DNA of 64,000 bases from Campylobacter sp. (GTDB taxonomy: Bacteria > Campylobacterota > Campylobacteria > Campylobacterales > Campylobacteraceae). Position numbers and translations under genes: made by a program. The stretch lies in NCBI RefSeq assembly GCF_030528245.1, contig NZ_JAUMZG010000001.1:9974-73973 (forward strand), given 5' to 3'. Below, one piece after another: positions 45,322 to 54,781 of this stretch (position 1 is its first letter; the number at the start of each line of letters is the position of its first letter). The notes beneath the pieces were generated by a model. That model ran no database searches, was not told where the DNA came from, and was given only the letters and a program-made list of their open reading frames with translations.

Positions 45322-45827
45322 TGGAAGATGTGCTTTACTGGGTCTTTAGCCTTGTGTTGTTGGGGGCGGTTTTTGCTTACATGTATATCAAGGACAAAGA
45401 GCAGAGCGTGAGAGTGGCGAAATTTGTGAGTGCGGTTGAGGATATGAGTAAGGAATTGCACTACATCAAAAAAGAGCTTTTGAGCAGGGAAAATTTGGAC
45501 GAGGACTATAACAACGAGCTTTTGAAAAATGAAATGCAAATCATGCTGGAAAAGGAAGTGGCGGGTAAAATTTTGCCGATCTTGAAAAGTTTGCAAGGGA
45601 TGGAGCACATCATCGAGCGCTTTCAAAACGAGCAGCAGGAGCGGATTTTAAGCCTCGAGCAAAAGGCGCAAAGCATGAGCAAACTCACACCCAATTATGA
45701 CGCTGAGGAGCAGAAAATCATTGATTTGTTTAAGGCGGGCAGGAGCATCGAGCAGATCGCCAAAGACTTACGCATAGGCACGGGAAATGTGGAGCTCGTG
45801 CTGAAATTTAAAAAAATCATCAAGTAA
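45318..45827 (+). CDS. Membrane-anchored coiled-coil protein with C-terminal HTH (Cj0162c-like)
   Basis: N-terminal TM; C-terminal [22 protein letters not shown]. Confidence 0.75.
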   Translation: MMEDVLYWVFSLVLLGAVFAYMYIKDKEQSVRVAKFVSAVEDMSKELHYIKKELLSRENLDEDYNNELLKNEMQIMLEKEVAGKILPILKSLQGMEHIIERFQNEQQERILSLEQKAQSMSKLTPNYDAEEQKIIDLFKAGRSIEQIAKDLRIGTGNVELVLKFKKIIK

Positions 45828-45832
45828 AACGC

Positions 45833-46793
45833 ATGCTAGTCGATGCTCATGGTAGAGAAATCAATTATTTGCGCCTTTCTGTTACGCAAAAATGCAATTT
45901 CCGCTGCCTGTATTGCATGCCAAAAATACCCTTCGACCACGTCCTGCAAGAGGATCTTTTGAGCTTTGAGGAGCTTTTTATCTTCGTGCGCGCCCTCATC
46001 GATAGGGGGGTGGTAAAATCCGCATCACAGGGGGTGAGCCCCTGCTGCGTAAGGATTTGAGCGCTTTTATCGGGATGATAAAAGCCTACAAGGCCGATAT
46101 CGATCTGGGTCTTACGAGCAATGGTTTTTTGCTGAAAGATTTCGCCGAGGCGCTTTGGGATGCGGGGCTTGAGCGCATTAATATTTCTTTAGACACCCTC
46201 GATGCCAAAAAGGCAAAAATTCTCGCGCAAAAAGATGTCCTTCCTAGCGTTTTGGCGGGGATTGAGGAGGCTGAGAGGCTGGGCTTTAAAATCAAGCTCA
46301 ACACCGTAGCCCTCAAGGGTCTCAACGAGGACGAGCTGGTCGCGCTTTTGGACTTTGCTAGGCGAAAAAATATCCAAATCCGCTTCATTGAATTTATGGA
46401 AAACACCCGCGTTCACAGGGCTTTGAGAGGCTTAAAGAGGGATGAAATCCTTCAAATTCTAGCCCAAAAATACCCCATCACCCCCATCCAAAAAGCCACC
46501 AAGTCCCCTGCGAGCCTGTATGATGCTGGAGGCTATGAATTTGGCATCATCGACCCGCATAGCGATGCTTTTTGCACGACTTGCAACCGTCTGCGTTTGA
46601 GCGCTGAGGGCTTGCTCATCCCCTGTTTGTATCACGATGAGGCCCTAAGCATCAAGGGAGCCATGCAAAAAAGGAACCTGAGTAAGGCTTTGGAAATTTT
46701 GATGCGGGTTTTACAAAACAAGCCCGAAAAAACGCGTGGAGGGAGGTGGGCAACGAAATTTCTCGCCGCGCCTTTTACCAGACGGGAGGCTAA
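45833..46793 (+). pseudogene. moaA: GTP 3',8-cyclase MoaA interrupted by two 1-bp deletions
   Basis: CNFRCLYC in the first frame; IRITGGEP resumes in another frame after about 46011-46018; C..CNRLR...PCL follows; the terminal AFYQTGG* (TAA 46791-46793) lies in a third frame after the A6 run at 46727-46732. Restoring 2 nt gives 320 aa. Confidence 0.88.
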
Positions 46794-46796
46794 ATT

Positions 46797-46925
46797 TTCG
46801 TTGAGGATTTTTTGAGCGTGCGAGGGGGCGGGGGCGCTTGTGATTTAACCCCGCGGACCCTGGGCACGAAAGGGGGAAGGCCGGGAATTTTGCTGTGAGG
46901 GGCTGCGGGGTTTGCGCGGGTGTGA
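46797..46925 (+). pseudogene. queE: Degraded 5' relic of 7-carboxy-7-deazaguanine synthase
   Basis: [12 protein letters not shown] resembles the QueE N-terminus (LVESFLSIQGEG) at the syntenic position after moaA; no start codon, and stops follow. Confidence 0.5.
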
Positions 46926-46929
46926 AGCG

Positions 46930-47195
46930 CTTGGATCGCGGAGAATTTAACCGCTGGAATTTGTCGCGCTTTGGATCGATGGCCTATTTTCCAAAATGAC
47001 AAAAGCGAATGGGATCATCACAAGAGCGAACGGGCCATGCATAGGGCTTTAAGGAGGATGCTTGGGTGAATTTTAATAAAAATTTTAAACTTGAGAGTGT
47101 AGAATTGGCACCAGAAATCAAGACGAAGCAAGACGGGGCTGGCTCCTGTGAAAAGCCTTATAAGAGTGGCGTTTACCGATCCTAAGGAGTTGTGA
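46930..47195 (+). pseudogene. queD: Degraded 3' relic of 6-carboxytetrahydropterin synthase
   Basis: Fragments IDGLFSKMTKANG, RTGHA*GFKEDAW (TAG 47042-47044) and FTDPKEL* match the recalled C-terminal half of Campylobacter QueD (RTGYAQGFREDAY...FINPKEI). Confidence 0.7.
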
Positions 47196-47372
47196 GTGAG
47201 AATTTTTTTGGTTTTGGTGGGTGTTTTGTTTTTCTTAGCGTGTGGCGAGAGGGATGGAGAATTTTCAAAGAGCGAAAAGCCAAAAGAGAAGGCGGTGCAA
47301 ATCGAGCAGAGTGATGCAAAAATAGACCTCAACGAGACAAATTTACCCCTGCCTGTCGAGGATGGCTCTTAG
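47196..47372 (+). CDS. 58-aa lipoprotein; truncated homolog of the cytochrome c lipoprotein Cj0158c (not in the ORF track)
   Basis: AAGGAG RBS, GTG start, MRIFLVLVGVLFFLAC lipobox, DLNET N-glycosylation sequon, LPLPVED, then TAG abutting the next ATG; no CxxCH. Confidence 0.7.
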   Translation: MRIFLVLVGVLFFLACGERDGEFSKSEKPKEKAVQIEQSDAKIDLNETNLPLPVEDGS

Positions 47373-47774
47373 ATGGATAAGAATTATGAATTGTTTCTGG
47401 CCGTGCATCTTTACACGCTCTATGCGAGTGGCTTTTTGATGACTTTTTACTTTGCACTCACGCAGGGCGATTTCAAGACCGAATTTGACTTTGTTCGCAG
47501 AATTCGTGTTTTTCTGCCCATTTATTATCTTTTTTTGGCTTTGATTTTCTTCACGGGCCTCCTGCTTTTAGCCCTGAATCATTTCACGATGCGGGGCGAT
47601 TTTTGGCTGATGATTGCGGCTTGGCTTGGGATTTTTGCTTTGGCTATTTTTCATTTCATACTTTTCAAAAGGGCTAGAAGAGCTAGGCAGTATAAGGCTT
47701 TTCGCTGGATGAGTGTGGTGATTTTGCTCACAGAGCTTGTCTTGCTACTTCTTCCTTTTTATCTCAAATTTTAA
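47373..47774 (+). CDS. Integral membrane protein (Cj0157c-like)
   Basis: Four TM segments, RRIRVFLPIYY; syntenic before rsmE. Confidence 0.8.
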   Translation: MDKNYELFLAVHLYTLYASGFLMTFYFALTQGDFKTEFDFVRRIRVFLPIYYLFLALIFFTGLLLLALNHFTMRGDFWLMIAAWLGIFALAIFHFILFKRARRARQYKAFRWMSVVILLTELVLLLLPFYLKF

Positions 47775-48427
47775 TGCAGTTTTTGTTTCATAAGGATGCG
47801 GGCGAGGCATTTTTAAGGCTGGAAAATGAAGCCTTGAGGCATCTTAAGGTTCGAAGATTGAAGGTCGGCGAGCCCTTAAGCCTGCGTAATCTTGAAGATA
47901 ATTTTTTATACGAGTATGAAATCACAGAGTTTGCAAGGCATTTTTGCGTGCTAAAATTTTTGAGCAAAAGGCAAAACCCTCAGCGACGAAGCGATTTTTC
48001 TTTGGCCTTAGCGGTGATTGATTCTAAGGTTTTGGAAAAAATTTTGCCCCCCTTGAACGAGCTTGGGGTGGGGCGCTTGATTTTGGTTTATAGTGAATTT
48101 TCTCAAAAAAATTTCAAGGTGGATTTTGAGCGCTTGAGAAAAATCCTCATCGCCTCTTCGCAGCAGTGTGGGCGTGGGGATTTGATGGGGCTTGAGCTTT
48201 TTGAAAGCGTGGATGCGTTTTTGATGGCTTATCCCGGGGTTATTTTGGTGGATTTTGGGGCCAAGCGGGGTGAATTTAAGAAAGAAAGGCTTTATTTTAT
48301 AGGACCTGAGGGTGGGTTCAGTGCGGAGGAGCGGAGAAAATTTAAGGAAAAAATTTCTCTTACAAGTCAAAATATCCTAAAAAGTCAAACCGCGGCCTTG
48401 GCCTTGGCTTCAAAAATTTTGCTTTAG
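47774..48427 (+). CDS. rsmE: 16S rRNA m3U1498 methyltransferase
   Basis: [28 protein letters not shown]. Confidence 0.94.
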   Translation: MQFLFHKDAGEAFLRLENEALRHLKVRRLKVGEPLSLRNLEDNFLYEYEITEFARHFCVLKFLSKRQNPQRRSDFSLALAVIDSKVLEKILPPLNELGVGRLILVYSEFSQKNFKVDFERLRKILIASSQQCGRGDLMGLELFESVDAFLMAYPGVILVDFGAKRGEFKKERLYFIGPEGGFSAEERRKFKEKISLTSQNILKSQTAALALASKILL

Positions 48428-48504
48428 ATTGGCTTAAATTAATCTTTTTTTTATCTTGGATCTTTTACAATCAAGCCCTTACTTTAAAAATTCAAGGAAT
48501 CCCA

Positions 48505-48705
48505 ATGAAAAAAGAAATCCATCCAGAATATGTAGAATGCAAGGTCAGCTGCGCTTGTGGCAATACTTTCACAACAAGATCCAACAAGCCCGAGTTGCGC
48601 TTGGATATTTGTTCAAACTGCCATCCTTTTTTCACGGGCAGTGAGAAAATCGTCGATGCGGCGGGTCGTGTGGAGAAATTTAAGAAAAAATACGCAATGC
48701 AGTAA
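48505..48705 (+). CDS. rpmE: 50S ribosomal protein L31
   Basis: [28 protein letters not shown]. Confidence 0.98.
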   Translation: MKKEIHPEYVECKVSCACGNTFTTRSNKPELRLDICSNCHPFFTGSEKIVDAAGRVEKFKKKYAMQ

Positions 48706-48706
48706 A

Positions 48707-49531
48707 ATGCTCTATTTCATTCCTACCCCCATAGGAAATTTAGCCGACATCAGCCTCCGATCTTTAGACATTCTTAGCACTTGTGAGCTTGTATTTTGCG
48801 AGGATACGAGGGTCAGCAAGTGCCTCATTTCTTTACTCAATGCCAGATTTGACGCTCAAATTCACATCAAAAATTTCATCCCCCTCCACAGCCATAACGA
48901 AAAGCAGTTTTTAAAGGATGTGGATGTGAAAATTTTTGAAAAAAATGTCGCCTACCTGAGCGATGCGGGGATGCCCGGCCTTAGCGATCCGGGGCTTGGT
49001 TTGGTGGAATTTGCCCTCAAAAATCACATCGCTTATGAGGTTTTGCCCGGCGCGAATGCCGCCCTGGTGGCCCTTGTGAGCTCAGGCCTGTGCCGCAAGG
49101 AATTCACTTTTTTGGGATTTTTAGCCAACAGGGGGCAGCAAAGGCAAAAGGAGGTGGAGGGGCTTTTGAAAAGCCCCCACCCCAGTGTGGTGTATGAGTC
49201 GCCTAGGCGCATTTTGTCTTTGGTGGAGTGCATTTTTGAGCGTGAGCCCGCTAGGGAGCTTTTTGCGATGAAGGAGATTTCTAAAAAATTTCAAAAGTCT
49301 TTCAAAGGCAGGGCGGAGAGTGTTTTAAGCGAGCTTAAAATGGCGAATTTGAGTGGAGAATGGGTTTTGGTGGTCGCAGGATCTGAGGATGAGGCGGGGG
49401 GAAATTTGCTTTGCGAGAGGGACATTTTAGAGCTGCCTCTGCCGCTGAAAACCAAGAGCAAGCTTTTAGCAAAATTGAATGGAAAAAATCCAAAAGAGCT
49501 TTATAAAAAACTGCTTTTAAGTCAAAATTAG
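48707..49531 (+). CDS. rsmI: 16S rRNA (cytidine1402-2'-O)-methyltransferase
   Basis: PTPIGNLADIS, CEDTR, SDAGMPGLSDPG, YESPRR; start at MLYFIP. Confidence 0.95.
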   Translation: MLYFIPTPIGNLADISLRSLDILSTCELVFCEDTRVSKCLISLLNARFDAQIHIKNFIPLHSHNEKQFLKDVDVKIFEKNVAYLSDAGMPGLSDPGLGLVEFALKNHIAYEVLPGANAALVALVSSGLCRKEFTFLGFLANRGQQRQKEVEGLLKSPHPSVVYESPRRILSLVECIFEREPARELFAMKEISKKFQKSFKGRAESVLSELKMANLSGEWVLVVAGSEDEAGGNLLCERDILELPLPLKTKSKLLAKLNGKNPKELYKKLLLSQN

Positions 49532-49544
49532 ATAAAATCAAACG

Positions 49545-50234
49545 ATGATAATTTACGGAAAGCAAGTATTTTTTTACCTTTTGCGAAGGCACAGGGAGCT
49601 TGTCAATGAGCTTTACTTGGCTAAGGAGTGCGATAGGCTTACTTTTTCTGAGTTGGCAAAAAGTGGCCTTAAGATAAAAAAGCTTGATTTTAAAACGGCA
49701 CAGGCCTATGCAAAAGGCGGCAACCATCAGGGCTTTTTGATGGACATTAAAGAGCCTTCCCTCGCGACCTTGCAGGCGGTGAAAAAGGGCAAATTCCTCG
49801 CGATGCTTTGGGGTGTGAGCGATATGGGCAATAGCGGCGCCATCATCCGCACGGCCTATGCTTTGGGTGTGGATGGCTTGATTTTTGTCGCTCCTAGGCT
49901 GAATTTACAAGCCCTGCTTCGCACCAGTAGCGGGGCGGCGGCTAGTTTGCCCATCGTGTTGGCTGAGGATGGTTTGAGCGTGCTTAATGAACTCAAGCAG
50001 GTGGGTTTTAGCCTTTACGGTGCGCACAGCGGTGGGGGTGCGATTCATAATTTCAAGCCGGGTGCGGACAAAAAGGTCCTGATCATGGGAAGCGAGGGCG
50101 AGGGCTTGAGTCAAAAAATAATGCGAAAATGCGATGATTGCGTGGGCATAGCGATGAAAAACGATTTTGATAGCCTCAATGTCAGCGCGGCTTTTGCGAT
50201 ACTTTGCGATAGGATGATGCATGCAAAATTATAA
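49545..50234 (+). CDS. rlmB: 23S rRNA Gm2251 methyltransferase (SpoU family)
   Basis: NHQG, GAIIRTA, GSEGEG, SLNVSAA. Confidence 0.9.
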   Translation: MIIYGKQVFFYLLRRHRELVNELYLAKECDRLTFSELAKSGLKIKKLDFKTAQAYAKGGNHQGFLMDIKEPSLATLQAVKKGKFLAMLWGVSDMGNSGAIIRTAYALGVDGLIFVAPRLNLQALLRTSSGAAASLPIVLAEDGLSVLNELKQVGFSLYGAHSGGGAIHNFKPGADKKVLIMGSEGEGLSQKIMRKCDDCVGIAMKNDFDSLNVSAAFAILCDRMMHAKL

Positions 50235-51117
50235 AAAATTACAGGATTTGAATTTAAGAGAGGTTTCCAACAAAACGCAGATTGAGCTTGAATTTTTGCA
50301 GGCCTTGCAGGATAAAAATTTTAAAACCTTAAATCGCTTCAATGTGAAGGGCTTTTTAAAAATTTTAGAGCGCGAATATGGACTTGATTTTAGCGATTTT
50401 AATGAGGAATATGAAAATTATTTGAACGAAAATCGCCTCCATTCACAAGAGGGCAAGCCAACCACCCCCCCGCTGATCTCCTACACCCACAAAGGCTCTG
50501 CCCTGCCCTTGATTTTGGGCGTTGTGATGGTTTGCGTTTTGGGATTTGGGGCCTATTATTTTGAGAGCATCAAGGCATTTTTTCTCAACGACCTAGAAGA
50601 TAATGCCAACATCGTAAGCATCAACGTCCTCAAAGAGGCGGAGCAAAATTTGCAAGATTTGGAAAAAAGCTCTGTGATTTTAGTGGATAATGACGAGAAA
50701 AATGCGAGCGCGCCAGAGTCTGCGCTTAATCATCAAGAAGAAAATAACGCAAGCGCGCAAGGATCAAATTCGATCGATCAAGAGGATGCTAGCGATGATG
50801 AAATTTCTGCGGCCCCAGAGCAAGATACCAAGGCCAGTGAAGCGATCTTTAGGGTCAAAAATAAGGTTTGGGTGGGGGTGATAGAGCTTAAAAATTTGAG
50901 AAAAACGACCTGGGTCAAAGAGGCGGATTTTAACATTTCCCTATCGGAAGATAAGCTTATTTTAGCGGGTGCGGCGGCCTTTAGCGTCGTGGATGAGGAG
51001 GGCAGAGAGCGGAGCTATCCTGCGGGTGCGTCCAAGCGCTTTCTCATCAAAGAGGGCAGGATCACGAGCATCGACACGGGGGAATTTAGGCGCCTCAACG
51101 GCGGGAAAGACTGGTAG
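50221..51117 (+). CDS. RodZ-like membrane protein (Cj0152c-like)
   Basis: N-terminal HTH-like region, single TM, acidic periplasmic linker with D/E-x-N-x-S sequons (EKNAS, ENNAS, DFNIS). Confidence 0.75.
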   Translation: MQNYKKLQDLNLREVSNKTQIELEFLQALQDKNFKTLNRFNVKGFLKILEREYGLDFSDFNEEYENYLNENRLHSQEGKPTTPPLISYTHKGSALPLILGVVMVCVLGFGAYYFESIKAFFLNDLEDNANIVSINVLKEAEQNLQDLEKSSVILVDNDEKNASAPESALNHQEENNASAQGSNSIDQEDASDDEISAAPEQDTKASEAIFRVKNKVWVGVIELKNLRKTTWVKEADFNISLSEDKLILAGAAAFSVVDEEGRERSYPAGASKRFLIKEGRITSIDTGEFRRLNGGKDW

Positions 51118-51918
51118 ATGAAAATCGCGCTTTTTTTTGTTGTGTTTTGCTCCCAAATTTTTGCGCTTTCTGGCTTGGATCTGGCGAGAAACATCGTAGG
51201 GGATGCTAAATCTTCGCAGCTTAATCTTTTATTCGCTCATCAAAATCATACCGATGGCAATGGAAATTTGGACCTTGATAAAATTTCTAGAATCCTCAAA
51301 ACAAATTCCCTACTCAACCTCACCCTGCCAAGCTCCAGAACTTTGACGCTAAATTTCAAGGCCAAAGGCGATGCGGTTTTGTTTTTTAAGATCATCAACG
51401 AGGCCCTAAGCGATGCGGGGTATGTGTATTTCACCCCGACGGATTTGAATTTAATGCAAGACTCCATCGACTACACCATACAGGTCGAATCGCAATACAT
51501 CCTAGATCCGGGCACATTTTACAGGCTTTTAAAATCAAGCTCTGTTTATATCACAAATGTCAAAGCCCTTTCAAAATACGACTACGCATACGAGCTTGAT
51601 TTTGGCGATGCAAGGCTCAAAACCAACACCAACCTCCCGCTCAATACCCCCACAAAGCTCGAAAAGCCTTTTAAGGATTATGTTTTGAATTTAAAAGGGG
51701 CCTCAACACTGCTTGTCGAGGCAAATGCGGCGGATAATTGGTTCGCTAAGATTTTGTTTTTGGATAAAAATTTAGGCTTGATCAAAGCGATCAAAAGCAC
51801 AGAAAAAAGCAACTCCCTCTCCCAGACCATCCCCAGCGGCGCGATTTATGCCATCATCAGCGACATGTATAATTTGGACAACATCCGCCGAGGACTGACC
51901 ATCACACTTAAAAAATAG
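51118..51918 (+). CDS. Conserved periplasmic protein (Cj0151c-like)
   Basis: Signal peptide; C-terminal NIRRGL.I; syntenic. Confidence 0.75.
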   Translation: MKIALFFVVFCSQIFALSGLDLARNIVGDAKSSQLNLLFAHQNHTDGNGNLDLDKISRILKTNSLLNLTLPSSRTLTLNFKAKGDAVLFFKIINEALSDAGYVYFTPTDLNLMQDSIDYTIQVESQYILDPGTFYRLLKSSSVYITNVKALSKYDYAYELDFGDARLKTNTNLPLNTPTKLEKPFKDYVLNLKGASTLLVEANAADNWFAKILFLDKNLGLIKAIKSTEKSNSLSQTIPSGAIYAIISDMYNLDNIRRGLTITLKK

Positions 51919-51926
51919 GAGCGCAG

Positions 51927-53132
51927 ATGTTTGAGGAAATCACCTTTCACACCATAGAAAGACTGCCCAACTATGTCTTTGCGGAGGTTAATGCCATCAA
52001 AATGGCCGCGCGCAGAGCGGGGGCAGACATCATTGATTTTTCCATGGGAAACCCAGACGGCAAAACCCCGCAGCACATCATCGACAAGCTTTGCGAAAGC
52101 GCCAACAAAGAAAAAACTTCAGGCTACTCCACCTCCATGGGAATTTACAAACTCCGCCTTGCCGTTTGTAACTGGTACAAGCGTAAGTATGGCGTGGATT
52201 TGGACCCTGAAAGCGAGGTCGTAGCGACCATGGGAAGCAAGGAGGGCTTTGTGAATTTAGCCCGCGCGGTGATCAATCCGGGCGATACTGCCATCGTGCC
52301 CACCCCTGCCTACCCCATCCACACGCAGGCCTTCATCATCGCCGGGGGCAATGTCGCCAAAATGCCCCTTCGCTACAACGAAAATTTCGAGCTGGATGAG
52401 AATCAATTTTTCGCGGATTTAGAAAAAAGCCTCAAAGAGAGCCTGCCTCGGGCGAAATATCTGATCGTAAATTTCCCGCACAATCCCACCACCATCACCT
52501 GCGAAAAAAGCTTTTATGAAAGGCTAGTCGCCCTAGCCAAAAAAGAGCGATTTTACATCATCAGCGATATCGCCTATGCGGAATTGACTTTTGATGATTA
52601 CAAAACGCCCTCCATTTTGGAAGTGGAAGGAGCTAGGGATGTGGCGGTGGAAATTTACACTCTCTCAAAATCCTACAACATGGCAGGTTGGCGCGTGGGC
52701 TTTGTCGTGGGAAACAAGCGCCTCATCAGTGCCCTTAAAAAAATCAAATCCTGGTTCGACTACGGGATGTACACCCCCATCCAAGTGGCGGCTACCATAG
52801 CGCTAGATGGGGATCAGGAGTGCGTGGAGGCCATCAAGCTAAATTACGCAAAAAGGAGGGAAATTTTACTCGAAGCCTTTGCGAATGCGGGCTGGAGCTT
52901 GAAAAAACCTCGCGCGAGTATGTTTGTGTGGGCGAGATTGCCCCAGAGTAAGATGCACCTTGGCAGCCTAGAATTTTCCAAGGAGCTTTTGCAAAAGGCT
53001 TGTGTGGCGGTCAGTCCGGGCGTGGGTTTTGGAGAGGCGGGGGATGCCTTCGTGCGCATTGCTTTGATTGAAAATGAAAACCGCATCCGTCAGGCGGCGC
53101 GAAATATTAAAAAATACCTTAAGGAAAGTTGA
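51927..53132 (+). CDS. PLP-dependent class I/II aminotransferase (LL-diaminopimelate aminotransferase/AlaC-like)
   Basis: SMGNPD, GSKEG, NFPHNPT, DIAY, SKSYNMAGWRVG. Confidence 0.88.
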   Translation: MFEEITFHTIERLPNYVFAEVNAIKMAARRAGADIIDFSMGNPDGKTPQHIIDKLCESANKEKTSGYSTSMGIYKLRLAVCNWYKRKYGVDLDPESEVVATMGSKEGFVNLARAVINPGDTAIVPTPAYPIHTQAFIIAGGNVAKMPLRYNENFELDENQFFADLEKSLKESLPRAKYLIVNFPHNPTTITCEKSFYERLVALAKKERFYIISDIAYAELTFDDYKTPSILEVEGARDVAVEIYTLSKSYNMAGWRVGFVVGNKRLISALKKIKSWFDYGMYTPIQVAATIALDGDQECVEAIKLNYAKRREILLEAFANAGWSLKKPRASMFVWARLPQSKMHLGSLEFSKELLQKACVAVSPGVGFGEAGDAFVRIALIENENRIRQAARNIKKYLKES

Positions 53133-54379
53133 TGCAAATTGCGTTATTGGGTTATGGCACGGTCGGCTCTGCTGTGGCGAGGGTTTTGCTGGAAAATCAA
53201 AAGATCATCCGCGCAAGGTGCGGAGAGGAAATCAAGCCCATCATTGCCCTTACCAAAAGTCCGAAAAAACAAGCTCTCATCCCCATCACGCAGGATTTGG
53301 GTGCGGTTTTGGAGCGTGAGGATATTGATGTTTATGTGGAGCTTATGGGGGGGGTTGAGGAGCCGTTTAGGATAGTGCGGGAGCTTTTGAAACGGGGCAA
53401 AAATGTCGTCACCGCCAATAAGGCCATGCTGGCCTACCATCGCTATGAGCTTGAGGCTTTGGCGGAGAATTTGGCCTTTGGCTATGAGGCGAGTGTGGCG
53501 GGGGGGATACCCATCATCAAGGCCCTCAAGGAAGGCTTGGCGGCGAATAATATTTTAAGCATTAAGGGCATTTTAAACGGCACGAGTAATTACATCTTAA
53601 GCGCGATGCAGGGGGGGATGAGCTTTGAGGCTGCCCTGAAAAAAGCTCAAAATTTGGGCTATGCGGAGGCGAATCCTTGCTTTGATGTCGGGGGGATGGA
53701 CGCTGCACACAAGCTTTTGATTTTATCATCTTTGGCTTATGGCATCCGTGCCTTGCCTGAGGAAATTTTATGCGAGGGGATCGAGGGCATAGGCGCTGAG
53801 GATATGTATTTTGCGAGGGAATTTGACCTCTGCATCAAGCTTTTGGGCGTAGCGAAGGCTAAGGGCTATGAGGTGGAGCTTCGGGTGCATCCTGCGATGA
53901 TAAGCAAGGATACGATGATCGCTAAGGTCGATGGCGTGATGAATGCTGTAAGCATAGTGGGGGATATGCTCGGGGAGAGTCTTTACTACGGCGCGGGAGC
54001 GGGGGGGGAGGCTACGGCGAGTGCTGTGGTGGCCAATCTCATGGAGATAGCCAGAAAGGAGCTTCAATCGCCGATGCTGGGCTTTAAAAATCCTAGCTCT
54101 TATACCCTGCTGGAAAGGGAGAAAATTTATACCAAGTATTATTTGAGGCTGAAGGTTGAGGATAGGATAGGCGTTTTGTCTAAGATCACAAATTTAATGA
54201 GTGAAAATAACATTTCTATCGATAGCTTTTTGCAAAAGCCTAAGGCGGACGGGGACTATTGTACCCTGTTTTTTACCACGCATAAAAGTTATGAAAAAAG
54301 CATTCAAACTCTGCTTCAAATCCTCAAAAAACAAGAATTCATTAAAGACGAGCCTTTTAGGATGCGCATTGAGGATTGA
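53132..54379 (+). CDS. hom: Homoserine dehydrogenase
   Basis: GYGTVG, VVTANK, EASVAGGIP, NGTSNYIL, GAGG.ATASAV, C-terminal ACT domain. Confidence 0.96.
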   Translation: MQIALLGYGTVGSAVARVLLENQKIIRARCGEEIKPIIALTKSPKKQALIPITQDLGAVLEREDIDVYVELMGGVEEPFRIVRELLKRGKNVVTANKAMLAYHRYELEALAENLAFGYEASVAGGIPIIKALKEGLAANNILSIKGILNGTSNYILSAMQGGMSFEAALKKAQNLGYAEANPCFDVGGMDAAHKLLILSSLAYGIRALPEEILCEGIEGIGAEDMYFAREFDLCIKLLGVAKAKGYEVELRVHPAMISKDTMIAKVDGVMNAVSIVGDMLGESLYYGAGAGGEATASAVVANLMEIARKELQSPMLGFKNPSSYTLLEREKIYTKYYLRLKVEDRIGVLSKITNLMSENNISIDSFLQKPKADGDYCTLFFTTHKSYEKSIQTLLQILKKQEFIKDEPFRMRIED

Positions 54380-54720
54380 TGGGGCTTAGGTCGTATTTGG
54401 GCGGAATTTTAGGCGAGAATAGAGCCTGTGCCTTTTTGAAAAAGCGCGGCTTTGAGCTTGTGGAGAGGAATTTCCGCTCTAGGATGGGCGAGATAGACAT
54501 CATCGCCAAAAGGGATGCGATCTTGCACTTTGTGGAGGTGAAATTCACGCAAAAAGCGGACCATGAGCCCTACGAAAGACTGGATGGCAAAAAAACCGAA
54601 AAACTCCTCAAAACCATAGAATTTTATAAGCTTGACAGGGGCTTTGATGGGGATTTTCAGCTGGATTTGATTTGCATTTCTGGGGATGAGATACAATTTT
54701 TTGAAAACATTAGTTTTTAA
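54379..54720 (+). CDS. YraN/UPF0102 family endonuclease-like protein
   Basis: GE..A..FL, ERNF...GEIDIIA, FVEVK. Confidence 0.92.
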   Translation: MGLRSYLGGILGENRACAFLKKRGFELVERNFRSRMGEIDIIAKRDAILHFVEVKFTQKADHEPYERLDGKKTEKLLKTIEFYKLDRGFDGDFQLDLICISGDEIQFFENISF

Positions 54721-54781
54721 GTTAGAATTTTATTTATTCAAATAAAATACTGGCTTTTTATTTATTTTCAAGGAGAACAAA

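Noticed and set aside
46057-46815. Separate 252-aa gene plus a 75-aa upstream gene
   Set aside because: Both are fragments of one frameshifted moaA; the ORF's C-terminal tail is out of frame.
46810-46930. G-rich stretch as a Moco riboswitch, sRNA or G-quadruplex element
   Set aside because: It lies downstream of moaA, shows no recognisable riboswitch structure, and is explained by decayed queE coding sequence.
47018-47332. 104-aa minus-strand ORF
   Set aside because: Antisense shadow of the queD relic and the small lipoprotein, which has an RBS and lipobox on the + strand.
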